From a phage: a stretch of 64,000 nucleotides of DNA. This document shows positions 15,707 through 26,216 of the stretch, one piece after another. The notes under the pieces were generated by a model, which worked only from the letters and a program-made list of their open reading frames with translations, was not told the origin of the DNA and did not search any database. Position numbers and translations under genes: made by a program. Where the stretch lies: sequence record PV805632.1. One strand, given 5' to 3'. Within the stretch, counting starts at the first letter, position 1; each line of letters opens with the position of its first letter.

Positions 15707-18271
15707 ATGTTAGTCGCAGATACCAATCAATCAGCCACTTCAGCGACACTGGGTGGCAAAGAAGCAATCGCTTTTGCCATCTCAGATGACCCGGCATTCT
15801 TTCATGTATTAAGTACCTCCTTGTATAACAACCCTACTCTGGCAGTAGTCCGTGAGACTATCTGTAACAGTTGGGATGCTCATATTGAAGCAGGTAAGAC
15901 TGATACTCCTATCCGTATTACTATTGATACAGACAATTTTATTACCTTCCGTGACTTCGGTAATGGGATACCAGATGAACTCATTGGTTCCATTTACGGT
16001 GTCTATGGTGCATCTACCAAGAAGTCCAACAGTAGTGTTACTGGTGGCTTTGGTCTGGGATGTAAATCCCCATTCGCTTATACAGATAGTTTCCAGGTTA
16101 CTTCATGGAACCAGGGAAAGATGTCGGTATATAACGTAGCTAAGGCTGCAATTGAGAATGATGGTAAACCGGGTATTGTCCCTATTGTTACTGGTATTCC
16201 TACTGAAGAATCCGGTCTGGAAGTTAAATTCCAACTGGGTAAGCATGATGTAAATACCTTTGTACATTACATCACATCAATTGTATTTAACGGCGAGATT
16301 AAGGCTGAGCTTAATATTCCTAAACTTGTTCGTGAAGAAACGGGTAATAGTATTCAGCAAGGTAACTACACTCTACTGAATACTCTAGGTATGTCATTTG
16401 AACCTGGTTCATATGATATGTCTGATAGATGGTATCAAGGCTATATGGGTAACAGCACCATCTTTGTTCGCTACGGTAACGTAATGTACCCAATAGTATC
16501 TAGTCCGGCTAGTGAAGAGGCTGTAGGTCTTATTCTCAACTTCATGAATATCATTGGAGCTGATAATTTAGTAGTTCAGGCTGCACCGGATACCTTAGCT
16601 ATTGCCCCTAGTCGTGAAACTCTGTCTAACCAGAAGTTAACCGACGATGGTATTACTACTCTATGCGTAAATTTAGTAGATCGTATGGAGAAAGAAATTA
16701 AGGCTAAGATTCCTGAAGCTATTAAGCAGATTGAAGAATATGCCTCCAAATCTTCTACTCGCTACTGGGAATACCCATCTTTCATTCTTGCTGTTACAGA
16801 TGAGATTGTTAGACGCTATATGTCCTCTAGCTTGTGGGCTAAGCAACGTAAGCATCATATTAAGCACTGGCGTAATCTATCTAATAAGGCATTACTAGCT
16901 CGCCCTGAATATGCAGGTCTTAAAAGACTGTATGGTAAGGCTATGCGTGCTCTTAAGGATACCCGTGAAGATAGTACCAACCATTCTTTCCAGGATTTGG
17001 TATATCGTCATCTGCACCTACCTCAGCTTGCTGCTTTAAAAGCTACAGGTATTAAGTGGTCTGGTTACATAATGAACCAAGGTAACTGTGTTGACTTAGT
17101 GAAGGGTAAACTTACTGACTACTTTAAGATGGGTTATAACTCCCACCTAGGTATTGGTATTTTCACTACCAGGAACGTTGTAGTTACCCGACGTTTATCT
17201 GACTGTGCAGACTCTTTCTCATACTTCCCAGAGTACATCCAAGGTGACCTGGAGCGAACAGCTTTTGTTCACGTCGTTGGTCCTAAGAAAGGGGAAGCAG
17301 AGAAAGCTGTAGCTAAGTTCACTGCTATGGGTTATCGGGTTATTGACCTTACTCAATATAATGAGTGGGACAGGCCAACTAACTTCCGCAGGGAACAGGC
17401 TAAGATAGCTGCTGAGAAGCGGGCTAAGACAATAGCTGCCAATAAAACCAAAGCAGGTGGTAAAACTAATGCACTGGTTTCATTGAATGCAGTACTTGGT
17501 ACTTCCCCTGTACGAGATAAAAATGGAGATTTGGTATCTAAACCACACATTGACAAGGATTTTGCTGACCCAAGATTCCATGAGGAACCTAGATTCGTTG
17601 AGGTGGATCTGCCTAAGTACTACGTACCAGCCAGTCAGGTTGTTTCTGGTAGACCAGAAACTGCCAAGATTGGAACCATGTGGAAATGGTGGGAGTTGTC
17701 TGATGAGATGAAGGCAGAGACTGTTGTCTGTCGTAATCAAATCGAAGTTAACAAAGCCAAACGACGTGGTGCTATTCATATTGATGATGTTCGTTTTAAC
17801 GAACTGATGTCCGTCATTACCAGTAAAGGATTCAAGAAATATGCTACTGAACAGCGTATCGGTGTTCTTGAGTATCTTGATTTAAATGACAAAGAGTACT
17901 GTGAAATCCTCGACATTCTTGGACTAACATTCAAACCATTACAGAGTCTGGTTCTTAAACCAGAGTATGAATGGGCATGTAACTTCCTAAGAAATCATTC
18001 GAGTAACAAAGATAAACTGGTTGAGAAGGGCCTCATTAAGTCAGTAGATGACTTGGAACCATATGTAAAGATGGTTAATCCTCGTATGCATAAGCATTTC
18101 GAAGTACTTAACGAGTACAAAGGGTTATTTAGATATAGCTGGGCTAAAAATGACATCCTACAGACGCTAGACTTAGGTAGTTTAGTTAAACACCTCAAGA
18201 AGAATCCAGAGGATATCCCTGGGTTTAAGTCCCTCTACCGTAATCGTCTAAATAAACTGAAAGGTAAATAA
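15707..18271 (+). CDS. rIIA-like protein with N-terminal GHKL-type ATPase motifs (854 aa)
   Basis: NSWDAH...FRDFGNGIP...GGFGLGCKS resembles the GHKL Bergerat fold of rIIA; followed by an rIIB-like gene. Confidence 0.55.
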   Translation: MLVADTNQSATSATLGGKEAIAFAISDDPAFFHVLSTSLYNNPTLAVVRETICNSWDAHIEAGKTDTPIRITIDTDNFITFRDFGNGIPDELIGSIYGVYGASTKKSNSSVTGGFGLGCKSPFAYTDSFQVTSWNQGKMSVYNVAKAAIENDGKPGIVPIVTGIPTEESGLEVKFQLGKHDVNTFVHYITSIVFNGEIKAELNIPKLVREETGNSIQQGNYTLLNTLGMSFEPGSYDMSDRWYQGYMGNSTIFVRYGNVMYPIVSSPASEEAVGLILNFMNIIGADNLVVQAAPDTLAIAPSRETLSNQKLTDDGITTLCVNLVDRMEKEIKAKIPEAIKQIEEYASKSSTRYWEYPSFILAVTDEIVRRYMSSSLWAKQRKHHIKHWRNLSNKALLARPEYAGLKRLYGKAMRALKDTREDSTNHSFQDLVYRHLHLPQLAALKATGIKWSGYIMNQGNCVDLVKGKLTDYFKMGYNSHLGIGIFTTRNVVVTRRLSDCADSFSYFPEYIQGDLERTAFVHVVGPKKGEAEKAVAKFTAMGYRVIDLTQYNEWDRPTNFRREQAKIAAEKRAKTIAANKTKAGGKTNALVSLNAVLGTSPVRDKNGDLVSKPHIDKDFADPRFHEEPRFVEVDLPKYYVPASQVVSGRPETAKIGTMWKWWELSDEMKAETVVCRNQIEVNKAKRRGAIHIDDVRFNELMSVITSKGFKKYATEQRIGVLEYLDLNDKEYCEILDILGLTFKPLQSLVLKPEYEWACNFLRNHSSNKDKLVEKGLIKSVDDLEPYVKMVNPRMHKHFEVLNEYKGLFRYSWAKNDILQTLDLGSLVKHLKKNPEDIPGFKSLYRNRLNKLKGK

Positions 18272-18275
18272 TCTG

Positions 18276-20320
18276 ATGAAAATCGAACTGATTTCTATCA
18301 TCGCACTGGCAGTTGACAGTCGAAACCTCACACTGTGGAAGCCTGATGGCTCCACGGTTGTATACCCTCAGAGCGACCCACGGGTTGCTCGTATTGTATC
18401 TGAAGCACAGACTAAAGGTCTGGGCACTACCCAGGATCAAATAGAAGTAAACATTGCACCAGAAGTAGAACTTCGTACTGAATACCTGGAAGCAGAGAAG
18501 AACACCAACGGATTCGTTCGTTTCTTTAAGGTAGCTAAAGCTAAACTCAAAGAGTTCTTCGAAGATGGTACAGGTGTTTCACCAGCCCGTACCGTTTCAG
18601 ATATTAAGCTGGGTAATCCTACTAAGACACTAGTGTCTAAAGCTATGGATACTTTTCTGGCTGTCCAGGCTAATGAACCAGAAGTAACGGTAGCAGATGG
18701 TTACTACGACAAACGTGACAATCTGATGTGGGTTACCGGTTGGGATAAAGACCATAACCATCTTGCACTGGTTCGTTTTATTGACTACGTACTTTGTTGG
18801 AGTCATAAGCATACTGATCATATTCTTGCACAGGAGTGGCCTATTGCAATTCGTGCAGTATCTGATGATGAAATGGGTGAGTTTGCTAAACAAGCCCAAT
18901 ACATCAAAGGTGTACACATTGTATTTACCAACCGTGGAGAAACACCACTGCCTTACGTGGAAGTAGCTAAAACCTCGAACCAGGATAAGCTGGCTGCTGC
19001 TTCAGAGAAACTGGCTGCATTAGGTGCTATCAGTACTGATGACACTAACTTCCATACTGATGTGAAGGAAGATGAAGTGGTTGTTGCTGTTACCAACAAT
19101 GGGGTTATCCCTGGGGTTGAGAACCTGCAACGCCACCTGCGTCAGTCTGCCAAGCTGAAAGACTATAAGGGCTTTACTAAGTTCCTTGAGCGTCTGGCTC
19201 CGGTTATTAAAGACCGTCTGCACTCAGTGGAAGACCTGATGAAGTTCATGGAAACTGCTGAACTGCCTATCGCTGATGATGGCTCTATCCTGTTCCTGAA
19301 ACGACTTAAGTTCAGAGGTGAAGAAATGGTAAGCGTGTATTCGTTGACTGTCACTCAGGCAACATTCGTCAGTGGGTAGGTTGTAAAGTACAGGTACGAG
19401 AAGACCTGGTAGACCCTGACCGTCGTCAGGACTGCTCTAATGGTCTGCACGTAGCATCTATGAGCTATATCCGTACCTTCGGTGGTAACGTAACTATCCT
19501 TGGTAAAGTAGCACCAGAAGATGTATTTGCTGTTCCTGAGTACAACACTAATAAGATGCGTGTAGCTGCGTATCACATTATTGCTGAACTACCAGAAGAG
19601 GAACGTTGCAACGTTAACAATGGTATCTATCTGTCTAATACAGAAGTGGGTAAGAAGTTACTTAATGATGCCATCGTTGGGAACCATAGTTCACCTACCA
19701 CACTTGTTATGGTTGGTGGGCATCGTGGTACTAACCTCAAATACACCAATCTATCGTCTGGTTCTGTAGAACAATTCCGTACAGTTGCTAATAAAGAGGC
19801 ACTGAATATGGAAGAGTCACTGAATGAAGCTGTAGCTGCTGAACCAGTGAAGGCTACTGACCTTAAACCTATTGTTAATAAGGCTCCTACCGTGAAAGAA
19901 CAAATCCAGGAACTGATTAAAGAGTTCCTTAACGCTGCTACTCCAGAAGATAAATTAGCTGCTGCTGATTTACTTGTGGAAATGCGAGGTAAGGCTCGTA
20001 AGCCATGGGCTGCTTTAGGTGTTGGTTCCGATGTGGTATCTAAGATTGCTGATGTACGTAGTACTCGCATTCCTGCACCAAAAGCGAAACCAGTGAAGAA
20101 AACTAAGGTTCACCGTTCGGCTACTGCTACTAAGGTAGCACCGTCTGGTAAACACGCTGATAATCTGCGTAGCATCCTGAATGATACGTCCTACTCTGAC
20201 TATCAGAAAGGTCATGCTCTGCAAGACTATAAGCGTCATGCTAAGAAGTCATTCACTGCAATGGGTCTGACTGAAGAAGAAGCTAAGTTAGCTACCAAGC
20301 TGGTCAAGGCCGTTAAGTAA
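18276..20320 (+). CDS. rIIB-like protein, reading frame interrupted by an apparent -1 shift near 19320-19330
   Basis: downstream frame encodes DCHSG...CSNGLHVASMSYIRTFGG...APEDVFAVPEYNTNKMR, matching the T4 rIIB core (DCHSG...CSRGLHVCSKSYIRHFG) as recalled; ORF-track ORFs 18276..19379 and 19460..20320 are in frames 0 and 2; no RBS before ATG 19460. Confidence 0.6.
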
Positions 20321-20335
20321 TAGCCTGTTCAAATG

Positions 20336-20359
20336 CCCTCACTTATAATAAAGTGAGGG
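20336..20359 (+). terminator. hairpin CCCTCACTT-ATAATA-AAGTGAGGG, weak T-tract
   Basis: 9-bp perfect stem after the rIIB-like stop. Confidence 0.4.
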
Positions 20360-20382
20360 TAAATTTGAAGAGGAAATGTACT

Positions 20383-20778
20383 ATGAGTTCTGTATACAGA
20401 GTTAATCGCAAAGCAACTGATGAAGACATCATTCGTATGAATGCTGTTGGTCTGTCCCTCGCAACTATCGCTAAGACGTTGGGGGTTCACCCCACTACGG
20501 TTACTTTGCGATTGCGTTCTTTAAACATTGAACCAGCCGACACACGTCGGACGTTCATGGAGAATGTACTCCGTCCATTACCAACCCATGTGGTAGATTG
20601 GCTATCAGAGCAAGTTGGTCCTGCTTATGAGATTCGTTCATATGTAAGGGACTTGATTCTGGAGGCATATAATAATCGCCACCTTAACCAAGAGAGTGAG
20701 CATGACAAGTTCATCCGTTTGTACGCTGGAAAACACACGGCAATGGTTTCTAAAAGCCGTACCAAATCCGACGAGTAA
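20383..20778 (+). CDS. putative HTH DNA-binding protein (131 aa)
   Basis: ORF track 20353..20778; ATG 20383 with GAGGAAA RBS; helix-turn-helix-like GLSLATIAKTLGVHPTTV; C-terminus overlaps the putative MazG start. Confidence 0.4.
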   Translation: MSSVYRVNRKATDEDIIRMNAVGLSLATIAKTLGVHPTTVTLRLRSLNIEPADTRRTFMENVLRPLPTHVVDWLSEQVGPAYEIRSYVRDLILEAYNNRHLNQESEHDKFIRLYAGKHTAMVSKSRTKSDE

Positions 20779-21156
20779 GAATATTAGTACCCAGATTGGT
20801 TGCCATCTGGAAGAAGTAGAGGAAATGCTTCAGACCATTTATCCAATGGTAGTTACGATGCAGAACTACTACAACGTGCACAGGATGCCATTACAAATCT
20901 GGCAAACCATATGAAGCGTAAGGCCGATGCCTACCGTATTGACGTTAGTACTGACCTGCTGGATGCACTGGCAGACCAGATTGTTACAGCAACTGGCGTC
21001 GGTACTTTCCTTGGGATGAATGTCCCCGGAGCATTGGCTGAGGTCAATCGCTCAAACTATTCCAAGTTCGAAGATGGGGAACCTATCTTCAACGAGAACA
21101 AGAAAGTCATGAAGGGGAAAGATTATACTCCCCCTGATTTAAAACCTTACATCTAA
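20702..21156 (+). CDS. MazG-like NTP pyrophosphohydrolase, apparently split across two frames (break between about 20840 and 20912)
   Basis: frame 2 carries RQWF...HLEEVEEMLQ (EExxE motif), frame 1 carries IDVSTDLLDALADQ...AEVNRSNYSKF (second MazG motif and C-terminal box); ORF-track ORFs 20696..20914 and 20800..21156. Confidence 0.35.
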
Positions 21157-21176
21157 CCCTCTACGGAGGGTTTTTT
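21156..21176 (+). terminator. intrinsic terminator ACCCTC-TACG-GAGGGT + TTTTT
   Basis: hairpin plus T-run. Confidence 0.7.
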
Positions 21177-21189
21177 ACTGGAGATTTAA

Positions 21190-22500
21190 ATGTTTTCCAA
21201 ACCTACCAAAGCCCCATTGAACCAGGGGCAAGAAGCGGTTGCGAAGGAGTTCTTCGACTTCCTGCTCGACCCTAATGCCACAGAGTTCGGAATCAGTGGA
21301 CCTGGAGGAACTGGTAAGACATTCCTGATGTCGCACCTCATTGATGACACTATGCCTGCATATATGGAAACCTGTTCTCTAATGGGAACCAAGCCTCTGT
21401 ATAACGAAGTTGTCATGACTGCGACCACGAACAAAGCTGCTGAAGTTCTGGCTCAAGCTACTGGGCGTCCAACGTCTACCTATCATTCCTTCCAGGGGCT
21501 GATTGTTAAGAATGACTTTAAAACCGGTGAGGCTACTGTCGTACCGTCTAAGTCATTCGCTATTAAGAAGAACAAAATCATCTTCGTAGACGAAGCATCC
21601 ATGATTGACCGTCAATTACTTAAGTATGCACGTGAAGGCACTCACCAGTGCAAACTGGTATTCGTAGGTGATGCTTCTCAGCTTCTGCCTGTTAAAGAGA
21701 GTAAATCTCCAGTGTATGCTGGCAATATTCCAACACACTATCTGACTGAACAGATGCGTACCGATACACCAGAACTCAAAGCGTTGCATCAGCAATTGCG
21801 TGATACGGTGGAAGGTAAGACAGGCTTCCTGCCTATTAAATGTATTCCAGGCATTATTGACTGGGTACAGGGGGAAGAGATGGAGAAACTGGTTCTCAGT
21901 CACTTCACTCAACCCACCAATAGCCGCATTGTTGCTTACACCAATGACCAGGTTATTAATTACAATAACTACATTCGTGAAGCTAACGGTTACGTGGGGG
22001 AATATTCCATCGGTGAGCAGCTAGTTTCTAACTCAGCCGTTCGCTTGGGCGTGGAAGACCGTCTGTCTATTGAGCAGGACGTAAAACTTATTGACCAGGA
22101 TAGTAGTACTCGCATGATTCAAGTCACGGGAGACCTGGAACTGGAAGTCCGTGATAGTACTCTAGACCTTGGTTATGGTGGTATTGTTAGTGAAGTACCA
22201 GTTCCTACCGACCCAGACTACTTCAACCGTTTGGTTAAGTGGTTAGGTAAAGAGAAGAACTGGGAACCTTACTTCCGCCTTAAAGAAACCATTCCAGACC
22301 TGCGTGCTACTCATGCATGTACTGTTCATAAATCACAAGGCTCTACTTACGACACAATCTTCATTGATGCAAATGACCTCTCAAGCTGTCGCCAACCTGA
22401 TATGGTTGCCCGTCTGCTTTACGTCGCTGTGTCTCGTGCCCGTAAGCGAGTAGTGTTCTATGGCAATCTTGCCAGTAAGTATGGTGGTCTAACTTTCTAA
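21190..22500 (+). CDS. SF1 DNA helicase, RecD/Pif1-like (436 aa)
   Basis: Walker A GPGGTGKT, Walker B IIFVDEASM, C-terminal TVHKSQGST and VAVSRAR motifs. Confidence 0.65.
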   Translation: MFSKPTKAPLNQGQEAVAKEFFDFLLDPNATEFGISGPGGTGKTFLMSHLIDDTMPAYMETCSLMGTKPLYNEVVMTATTNKAAEVLAQATGRPTSTYHSFQGLIVKNDFKTGEATVVPSKSFAIKKNKIIFVDEASMIDRQLLKYAREGTHQCKLVFVGDASQLLPVKESKSPVYAGNIPTHYLTEQMRTDTPELKALHQQLRDTVEGKTGFLPIKCIPGIIDWVQGEEMEKLVLSHFTQPTNSRIVAYTNDQVINYNNYIREANGYVGEYSIGEQLVSNSAVRLGVEDRLSIEQDVKLIDQDSSTRMIQVTGDLELEVRDSTLDLGYGGIVSEVPVPTDPDYFNRLVKWLGKEKNWEPYFRLKETIPDLRATHACTVHKSQGSTYDTIFIDANDLSSCRQPDMVARLLYVAVSRARKRVVFYGNLASKYGGLTF

Positions 22501-22510
22501 GGGAGGGTAT

Positions 22511-23041
22511 ATGCCTCAGATTGGTTCAGCGACTATTGGTCAGGTTGCCAATAGTAGTGAGATAGTCAAACACCTGTTCTTAGCAGAGCTGGTTCGTCTT
22601 GATGGTGTGTTAAACGGCATTATTGATAAGAATGATCGTATCAATGGTGTAGATGTATCGGCTGGATTCCTTCACCAAGGGGAGTTCTATCAGCGTTCTA
22701 ACGCTACCAGACCTCCAACCTACGGTGAGCGATTAACACTTAATCCAGAACTTTGGCCTGCAATGGACAAGTATCTGAAAGCCTCCAGTCGTCTGATTAT
22801 GGAAGTACACCTTGTGAACCAGACTGTATATCGTCTGGTTCGTGGTTGTATGTCCTATCAGGATGTACGTGATGCTTTACCTGAATGTCTGGTAGCACAA
22901 GACCAAACTGGTCAGTACAAAGGACTACCACGTACTCGTGAAGCAGCTTGGACTCTTGCTGGTGACGCTATGGCAATCAAACAGTATGAGAAGATTCTAC
23001 CTTCTATTGAGTACTATGCAGCTTCACATCTGATCTTCTAA
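22511..23041 (+). CDS. hypothetical protein (176 aa)
   Basis: ORF track. Confidence 0.45.
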   Translation: MPQIGSATIGQVANSSEIVKHLFLAELVRLDGVLNGIIDKNDRINGVDVSAGFLHQGEFYQRSNATRPPTYGERLTLNPELWPAMDKYLKASSRLIMEVHLVNQTVYRLVRGCMSYQDVRDALPECLVAQDQTGQYKGLPRTREAAWTLAGDAMAIKQYEKILPSIEYYAASHLIF

Positions 23042-23050
23042 GGTAAAGCT

Positions 23051-25630
23051 ATGCGTTACATCACCTCTCAGGATACTGGCAAGTATCCTATTGCTATCCT
23101 CGGTCATCAAATCCGAAGGGAGGAGATGATTAAAACCTACCTGCTGCCTTATGACCTAAGCATGGAAGATTTCATCTTCCTTGAACTCCATTCTGCCCCC
23201 GGCAAGAAGAAAACTCCTGCAAGGGAGATTAAAGAGTTCATACAGCAGGAACTACAGCAAGTACTGGATGATGCAGAGACTCAGTACATTATCTGTACCG
23301 ATTCTGACTACTTCAAAATACTGACTAAAGAAGCTAAAGCAGAGGCTAACCTCGGCTATGTTTGTGATTCAGTATGGGGTAAGCAGAAGGTTATCTATAC
23401 ACCTAGCTACAGACAGGTCTTTTATGACCCACCTGTAGTGAAAGCCAAGATTGCTCAGGGAATGGATGCATTACTTAACCACATTCGCGGACAGTATGCT
23501 GAACCAGGGCAGGGAATAATTGAGTTTGAAGCCTACCCAGATACACCCGAAAAGATTAAAGCCTGGTTGGACCAGTTGCTTGAGATGAATAAGCCTCTGG
23601 CTATAGACATCGAATCGTTCGGTTTAAAGCACTATAACGCAGGTATAGGAACGATTACGTTCTGTTGGAGTAAGACACAAGGCATAGCCTTTAATGTGGA
23701 CTATGAGCCGATTAAGGGGGCTACTGAAGCTCCTTATGGGCGTATTAACAGGAACGATGTTGTTCGTAACCTGTTACGTGAGTTCTTCATTAAGTACACT
23801 CAACGGCAGATGTATCACAACATTAGCTATGACGTGTACATACTTATCTATCAGTTATTCATGGATAACCTGATTGATACAGAAGGCTTACTACATGGCA
23901 TGGAAATCATGCTGCGTAATTGGGACTGTACTAAGTTAATCACCTACCTGGCTACTAACAGTTGCGCCGGTAATCACCTTAGTCTGAAAGAACAGGCTCA
24001 GGAATATGCTGGTAACTATGCTCAGGACGATATTAAAGACATACGTCTTATTCCTAATGAGCAACTGTTACGCTACAACCTCATTGATGGTTTATGTACG
24101 TGGTACACCTACGAGAAGCACTGGGATACTCTCATTGCTGATGACCAACTGGATGTTTACAACAACATCTTTAAACCAGCCTGTGAAGACATTATTCAGA
24201 TGCAGTTAACCGGTATGCCCATGAACATGGAAACCGTTAACCAAGTGGCTGAAGAGATGGAAACTGACAGGAACCAGGCTTTGAAAACTATTCGTGAATC
24301 TAAGCTCATGAAGAATTTCACCCTGATGCTGCGTCAGGAATGGGTAGATGATAAGAATGCTAAGCTTAAGAAGAAGCAGGTAACACTGGCTGATTGTGAC
24401 ATTGAGTTTAATCCTAACTCCGGTCCTCAATTACAGAAGCTGTTATTTGATTATATTGGCTTACCGGTTCTTGGTCTTACTAAGAGCAAGCAACCTGCTA
24501 CTGACGGTGACACTATTAAAGCACTGCGTACACATACGCAGAGTGAAGATGTTAAGGAACTGCTCAATGCACTTATCGACTATAAACTTGTGGATAAGAT
24601 TATCACTAGTTTTATACCAGCTTTCAGGAATGCCCAACCGGGGCCGGATGGCTGGCACTATCTGTTCGGAAACCTCAATCTGGGAGGCACAGTCTCCGGC
24701 AGGTTATCGGCTTCAGAGCCAAATCTACAAACAATTCCATCCGGCTCTAAATATGCCAAGAAGATTAAGAAATGCTTCGAAGCCCCTCCTGGCTGGATAT
24801 TTTGCGGTTTGGACTTCGCCTCGCTGGAAGACAGAATATCTGCATTGACTACTAAAGATCCTCAGAAACTTAAGGTGTATACCGATGGTTACGATGGTCA
24901 TAGTCTTCGTGCGTATGCTTACTTTGGCGAGCAGATGCCAGATATAGTAGACACAGTTGAGTCAATCAATTCTATTCAGACGAAGTACAAGCACTTGCGC
25001 AGCGATTCTAAAGCCCCAACATTCTTGCTTACCTATGGTGGCACGTATATGGGCTTGATGAAAAACTGTGGCTTCTCAGAAGAGAAAGCTAAAACAACAG
25101 AGAAGCGTTATCACGATCTCTATGTAGTTAGTGATGCGTGGGTTCAGGCTAAGCTAGACGAAGCTGCCAAGACTGGCTATGTTACTGCTGCATTTGGTTT
25201 GAGAGTGCGTACTCCTTTACTGGCTCAGGTATTACGTGGGACATGTAAGACTCCATATGAAGCAGAAGCTGAAGGTAGAACTGCTGGTAATGCTTTAGGG
25301 CAAAGCTGGTGTCTACTTAATAACCGTGCTGGTTCAGAGTTTATGCGTAAAGTCAGAGCCAGTGAGTTCAGGTTAGATATACGTCCTAGTATTCATATTC
25401 ATGATGCTCAGTACTTCATGATTCGTGACAACATGGATACTTTGCAGTACACGAACAAGCATTTGGTTGAGGCTGTTAACTGGCAAGACCATCCTGATAT
25501 TGCTCATCCAGAAGTTGGTTTGGGTGGGGAACTATCCTTGTTCTACCCAACGTGGGCTAACGAGATTGAGATTCCAAATCACGCTACCCCGGAAGAAGTT
25601 CATCAAATAATTCAAAAGGCATTCGCATGA
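23051..25630 (+). CDS. family A DNA polymerase with 3'-5' exonuclease domain (859 aa)
   Basis: Exo I-like DIESFGL; motif A LDFASLEDR; motif B RSDSKAPTFLLTYGG; motif C HIHDAQ. Confidence 0.7.
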   Translation: MRYITSQDTGKYPIAILGHQIRREEMIKTYLLPYDLSMEDFIFLELHSAPGKKKTPAREIKEFIQQELQQVLDDAETQYIICTDSDYFKILTKEAKAEANLGYVCDSVWGKQKVIYTPSYRQVFYDPPVVKAKIAQGMDALLNHIRGQYAEPGQGIIEFEAYPDTPEKIKAWLDQLLEMNKPLAIDIESFGLKHYNAGIGTITFCWSKTQGIAFNVDYEPIKGATEAPYGRINRNDVVRNLLREFFIKYTQRQMYHNISYDVYILIYQLFMDNLIDTEGLLHGMEIMLRNWDCTKLITYLATNSCAGNHLSLKEQAQEYAGNYAQDDIKDIRLIPNEQLLRYNLIDGLCTWYTYEKHWDTLIADDQLDVYNNIFKPACEDIIQMQLTGMPMNMETVNQVAEEMETDRNQALKTIRESKLMKNFTLMLRQEWVDDKNAKLKKKQVTLADCDIEFNPNSGPQLQKLLFDYIGLPVLGLTKSKQPATDGDTIKALRTHTQSEDVKELLNALIDYKLVDKIITSFIPAFRNAQPGPDGWHYLFGNLNLGGTVSGRLSASEPNLQTIPSGSKYAKKIKKCFEAPPGWIFCGLDFASLEDRISALTTKDPQKLKVYTDGYDGHSLRAYAYFGEQMPDIVDTVESINSIQTKYKHLRSDSKAPTFLLTYGGTYMGLMKNCGFSEEKAKTTEKRYHDLYVVSDAWVQAKLDEAAKTGYVTAAFGLRVRTPLLAQVLRGTCKTPYEAEAEGRTAGNALGQSWCLLNNRAGSEFMRKVRASEFRLDIRPSIHIHDAQYFMIRDNMDTLQYTNKHLVEAVNWQDHPDIAHPEVGLGGELSLFYPTWANEIEIPNHATPEEVHQIIQKAFA

Positions 25631-25932
25631 CTAAAAGTACTAAAGAAACCGTCGTCAAAAAATATCATTGGATGGTGGCAGCACAGGTAATCTTCCAGCT
25701 TCCTAAAGCCGATGATGGTTCCCTGCTTACCATGAACACAATGCTGCTCACTGACGAACCTCATGTGACTTATAAAGATTTGGCCCGTGTCAATCACTCC
25801 CTGAAAATTAGTCTGGACCAGCGTTTCGACACCTCAGTTGACCTGAAAGATATTGTTTATCTGTCTCTTAGCAACCTGGGTCTGATGTCTGAACCAGAGT
25901 TCCAGGCAAACATGATTCCCAAGGGGGAATAA
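25627..25932 (+). CDS. hypothetical protein (101 aa)
   Basis: ORF track. Confidence 0.45.
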   Translation: MTKSTKETVVKKYHWMVAAQVIFQLPKADDGSLLTMNTMLLTDEPHVTYKDLARVNHSLKISLDQRFDTSVDLKDIVYLSLSNLGLMSEPEFQANMIPKGE

Positions 25933-26216
25933 TGACTAAGCTCTCCGGTGGTCTTAATAACTACTATGTAGTTTCAATTAAGAATCCCCAACGGAAAGAG
26001 CAAGAGCCATATCAAGCAGAGTGTGAGGATATTATCCAAGCACTGGGCATGACCTTCGATGAAGGTTGTGCCTTTAAAGCTCTATGGCGAAATGCTGCTG
26101 CCCGTATGGGTAATGGTAAACCTGGCAACTCTTCAGTGTACGACTCAGAGAAGATTGTGCATTATGCCAATCGAATATTGAAAAAGGCTTACAATGAAAG
26201 TAACCAACAATCATGA
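25932..26216 (+). CDS. hypothetical protein (94 aa)
   Basis: ORF track. Confidence 0.45.
   Translation: MTKLSGGLNNYYVVSIKNPQRKEQEPYQAECEDIIQALGMTFDEGCAFKALWRNAAARMGNGKPGNSSVYDSEKIVHYANRILKKAYNESNQQS

Noticed and set aside
19460-20320. Independent gene starting at ATG 19460
   Set aside because: No RBS, and the conserved rIIB core begins about 45 codons upstream of this ATG in the same frame.
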